A DNA stretch of 32,000 nucleotides. It comes from Nautilia sp. PV-1. GTDB lineage: Bacteria > Campylobacterota > Campylobacteria > Campylobacterales > Nautiliaceae. This document shows, piece by piece, positions 29,130-32,000 of the stretch. The first letter of the stretch is position 1; each line of letters opens with the position of its first letter. Both the position numbers and the translations under genes were made by a program. The stretch is from positions 585,889 to 617,888 of the forward strand of contig NZ_CP026530.1 in assembly GCF_004006315.1 (NCBI RefSeq), written 5' to 3'. The notes below the pieces were generated by a model. That model made no database searches and had not been told where the DNA came from. It saw only the letters and a list, made by a program, of their open reading frames with translations.

Positions 29130-30602
29130 ATGAAATTTAAAGAAATGTTAACATTAAGATTTATTGCGATTTTAATTGCAAATTTTTTGCTTTTAGCTTA
29201 TATGATTTATCTTAAGCAGTATATTGCAGTAGGAGTATATGTTGTTTTTATAATACTGGCATATTTTTTACCCTCTAATAAAAAGAGGGAGTCAGACCAT
29301 AAAAATATTTTTCAAAAAATCGGCAAAACCGTCGATGACGCTTACAATGGAAAACTTTCCAGCAGAGTACTCTTGGACGGAGAAAGTACTTTGGAAGAAC
29401 AGATAGGCTGGAATATAAATGAAATGCTTGATCAGATAGAAGATCTGCTCAGAGAATCCAAAAACACAATACAGGCTATTATAAACGGAGACGAATACAG
29501 ATATATAATGCCAAGTGGGCTTCACGGAGAATTCAGAAACGTTGCTTTGGAATTTGAAAAGGCGATTGAATCTCTGAAAGTATCAAAAAAAGTTGAAAGA
29601 ATAAGCGCGCTTTCTAAAAAGTTTATTGAAATAGACGGCGGTGTTACCGCAAATATGGAAAGAGTCGGAAATGAAATTTATGAAATAGACAACGCATTTA
29701 AAGAAATAACCGCAAAAGTTAAAGCTTCTACAACACAGGCTGACAAAACATATTATTTAATGCAGGAAAGCAAAAACGATTTTACTCTTCTTAGCGAAAA
29801 AGTTCAGGAAACATCCAATGAAATAACCCAGATGGCTGAAAATATTCATTCGATTTCCAATATTGTGGAACTTATTAAAGATATCGCCGACCAGACAAAT
29901 CTGCTTGCTTTAAACGCGGCGATTGAAGCAGCCAGAGCCGGAGAACACGGAAGAGGGTTTGCCGTTGTCGCCGACAACGTAAGAGACTTGGCTGAAAGAA
30001 CGCAAAAAGCCACAAACGAAATTGCCATTACAATACAAACCCTGCAGCAGCAGTTTAACGGTATAGAGGAAAACACTAACCAGGTTGTTAAAATCGGAGA
30101 CAAATCTTATGAAACGCTTCAGAATTTTGAGCAGGTGCTTGATATTCTGAAAAAAGAACTTACAGAAGTGAGTACCATTTCAGACAAAAACACATTAAAG
30201 CTTATTTTTATTACATTTAAAATATCTCATATTATCTATAAATCAAATATATATTCTGCCATTACGAAAGAAAAAGTTGAAGACGAAATCTTAAGTATTA
30301 CGGATAAAAACTGCAAACTAGGCGAATGGCTCAATAAACCTGAAATTAAAGAAATGTTAAAAGGATTTAAGGATCTGAACAATTTGATGAAATACCATAA
30401 ATTAATACATGATATAGGTATTGAAATACTTGAAAGAGTAAGAAAAGAAGGTATAACCAAACAAAATCCAAAATGGTATTACGAAAGACTGCTTGAGCTT
30501 GAAAAATATGCTAAACTTACGTTCCAAGAATTAGACAAATTAGCAGAATATGCTACAAAAGAAAATATTGTAGCGGATTTACTTGAAAAATCTAAGGAGT
30601 AA
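29130..30602 (+). CDS. Methyl-accepting chemotaxis protein with C-terminal CZB-like zinc-binding domain
   Basis: Two N-terminal TM segments; [40 protein letters not shown]; C-terminal [36 protein letters not shown]. Confidence 0.85.
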   Translation: MKFKEMLTLRFIAILIANFLLLAYMIYLKQYIAVGVYVVFIILAYFLPSNKKRESDHKNIFQKIGKTVDDAYNGKLSSRVLLDGESTLEEQIGWNINEMLDQIEDLLRESKNTIQAIINGDEYRYIMPSGLHGEFRNVALEFEKAIESLKVSKKVERISALSKKFIEIDGGVTANMERVGNEIYEIDNAFKEITAKVKASTTQADKTYYLMQESKNDFTLLSEKVQETSNEITQMAENIHSISNIVELIKDIADQTNLLALNAAIEAARAGEHGRGFAVVADNVRDLAERTQKATNEIAITIQTLQQQFNGIEENTNQVVKIGDKSYETLQNFEQVLDILKKELTEVSTISDKNTLKLIFITFKISHIIYKSNIYSAITKEKVEDEILSITDKNCKLGEWLNKPEIKEMLKGFKDLNNLMKYHKLIHDIGIEILERVRKEGITKQNPKWYYERLLELEKYAKLTFQELDKLAEYATKENIVADLLEKSKE

Positions 30603-30603
30603 G

Positions 30604-31908
30604 ATGTTAAGATTTGCGCCGAGTCCGACAGGTGATATGCATATAGGTAATTTAAGAGTTGCTATTTTTAACTATATAGTTGCAAAACAGAAAAACGAAA
30701 AACTTTTAATAAGAATAGAAGATACGGATAAAGAAAGAAATATAGAAGGCAAAGATGTTGAAATACTGAATATTTTAAAATTATTCGGTATAGAATACGA
30801 TAACGTTGTTTACCAGTCCGCAAATTTACATTTGCATCAGGAAATGGCAAAAAAACTGCTTGATTTTAAAAAAGCGTTTGTCTGTTTCTGTGATGAAGAA
30901 GAGATAAATTTTCAAAGGGAAAAAGCAAAAATTGAAAAAAGACCTTACAGATACAGCGGTAAGTGTGAAAGTCTTTCAAGTGAAGAGATAAGAAACAAAA
31001 TTGAAAAAAAGATACCGTTTGTGGTGAGACTCAGAAAACCGCAGCACAATATAAAATTTAACGATTTAATCAAAGGCGAATTTGATTTTTCACCTTTTGA
31101 AATAGACAGTTTTATTATTATGAGAAAAGATTTTACGCCTACATATAACTTTGCGTGCTCTATTGACGATATGCTGTATGACATTACTCTGGTAATAAGA
31201 GGAGAAGACCATCTGAGCAATACTCCTAAGCAGATAGCAATAAGAGAGGCGTTAGGCTATGATAAAGAGATAAAATATGCACATTTGCCAATCATTCTTA
31301 ATGAAGAAGGCAAAAAAATGAGCAAGCGTGACAGTGCCAGCTCTGTTAAATGGCTTTTGGAAGAAGGGTTTTTGCCTGAAGCGATTGCCAATTATCTGAT
31401 ACTGCTAGGTAACAGTTTCGAAAACGAGATATTTACTTTAAAAGAAGCCATAGAGTTTTTTGATATTACTAAAATTTCAAAAGCACCGGCAAAATTCGAT
31501 TTAGGGAAACTCAGATTTATAAATAAAGAACATATGAAAAGAATAGAAAAACTTACTCATTATATTGCGTACCATGAAGAGTACGAACCGTTGGCAAAAC
31601 TGTATCTTGATGAAGTTTCAACTATAAAAGAGCTTAAAGAAAAACTTGACAATATATTTTCAAAACAAAACTTTAACGAATTTACAGAAGAAGTGGAAAT
31701 ATTAAAACAGGAAATTTTAAACAGCGAACTTGAAGACGATTATAACGATTTCAAGAAAAGAATTATGAACAATACCGGTTTAAAAGGTAAAAAACTGTTT
31801 ATGCCTCTTAGAATGATAATGGTCGGTTCAAAACAGGGTCCTGAAATAAAAGATTTATATGCTATAATGAAACCGTACCTGAAAATGATTATTAAGGAGT
31901 ATAGATGA
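30604..31908 (+). CDS. gltX: Glutamate--tRNA ligase
   Basis: [16 protein letters not shown] (HIGH-like), [10 protein letters not shown] (KMSKS-like). Track start 30583 is TTG; RBS AAGGAG plus ATG at 30604 is preferred. Confidence 0.92.
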   Translation: MLRFAPSPTGDMHIGNLRVAIFNYIVAKQKNEKLLIRIEDTDKERNIEGKDVEILNILKLFGIEYDNVVYQSANLHLHQEMAKKLLDFKKAFVCFCDEEEINFQREKAKIEKRPYRYSGKCESLSSEEIRNKIEKKIPFVVRLRKPQHNIKFNDLIKGEFDFSPFEIDSFIIMRKDFTPTYNFACSIDDMLYDITLVIRGEDHLSNTPKQIAIREALGYDKEIKYAHLPIILNEEGKKMSKRDSASSVKWLLEEGFLPEAIANYLILLGNSFENEIFTLKEAIEFFDITKISKAPAKFDLGKLRFINKEHMKRIEKLTHYIAYHEEYEPLAKLYLDEVSTIKELKEKLDNIFSKQNFNEFTEEVEILKQEILNSELEDDYNDFKKRIMNNTGLKGKKLFMPLRMIMVGSKQGPEIKDLYAIMKPYLKMIIKEYR

Positions 31909-32000
31909 ATACGTTATTGATATCTATATTGCAGTTTATATCCATTTTAATAAGTATTTATATATGGGTTGTAATTATTGCCGCGCTTATTACCTGGGTG
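31905..32000 (+). CDS. YggT-family membrane protein, 3' truncated by window edge
   Basis: ATG overlaps the gltX stop; [32 protein letters not shown] resembles YggT N-termini. Confidence 0.55.
   Translation, partial: MNTLLISILQFISILISIYIWVVIIAALITWV

Overview
The window reads as a chromosomal segment of an AT-rich campylobacterotal bacterium. Protein character and gene content suggest Nautiliales, but this is inference. Core genes are: parvulin PPIase (partial), fbaA, a PLP-dependent deaminase-like gene, a six-gene group 4 Ech/Hyf-type energy-converting [NiFe] hydrogenase operon, a D-2-hydroxyacid dehydrogenase, a tetraheme c-type cytochrome, a NIT-like-domain chemoreceptor, a Lys-Glu-Val-Asp tRNA cluster, a long leftward run (YkgJ-like, MtfA-like, crcB, plsC-like, SH3 protein, M23 peptidase, purQ-purS-purC, ctpA), clpB, a PAS protein with a CZB-type chemoreceptor, gltX, and the start of a YggT-like gene. 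The main accessory feature is a compact ~5.2 kb element inserted at the 3' end of tRNA-Asp. It is bounded by an exact 18-bp direct repeat (12118..12135 and 17319..17336). It encodes a tyrosine integrase, a small AlpA/Xis-like HTH protein, a Mob/Pre-like relaxase with palindromes just upstream (candidate oriT), and one three-gene cargo operon. The cargo is two different DUF488-family proteins plus a 221-aa protein resembling, from memory, the dual-OB (DuOB) family. Because that operon is the only cargo, it is the best candidate here for an under-described (possibly defence-related) system. Paired ACTGACA repeats lie inside both ends of the element and look like integrase arm sites. No CRISPR array, rRNA or transposase was seen.
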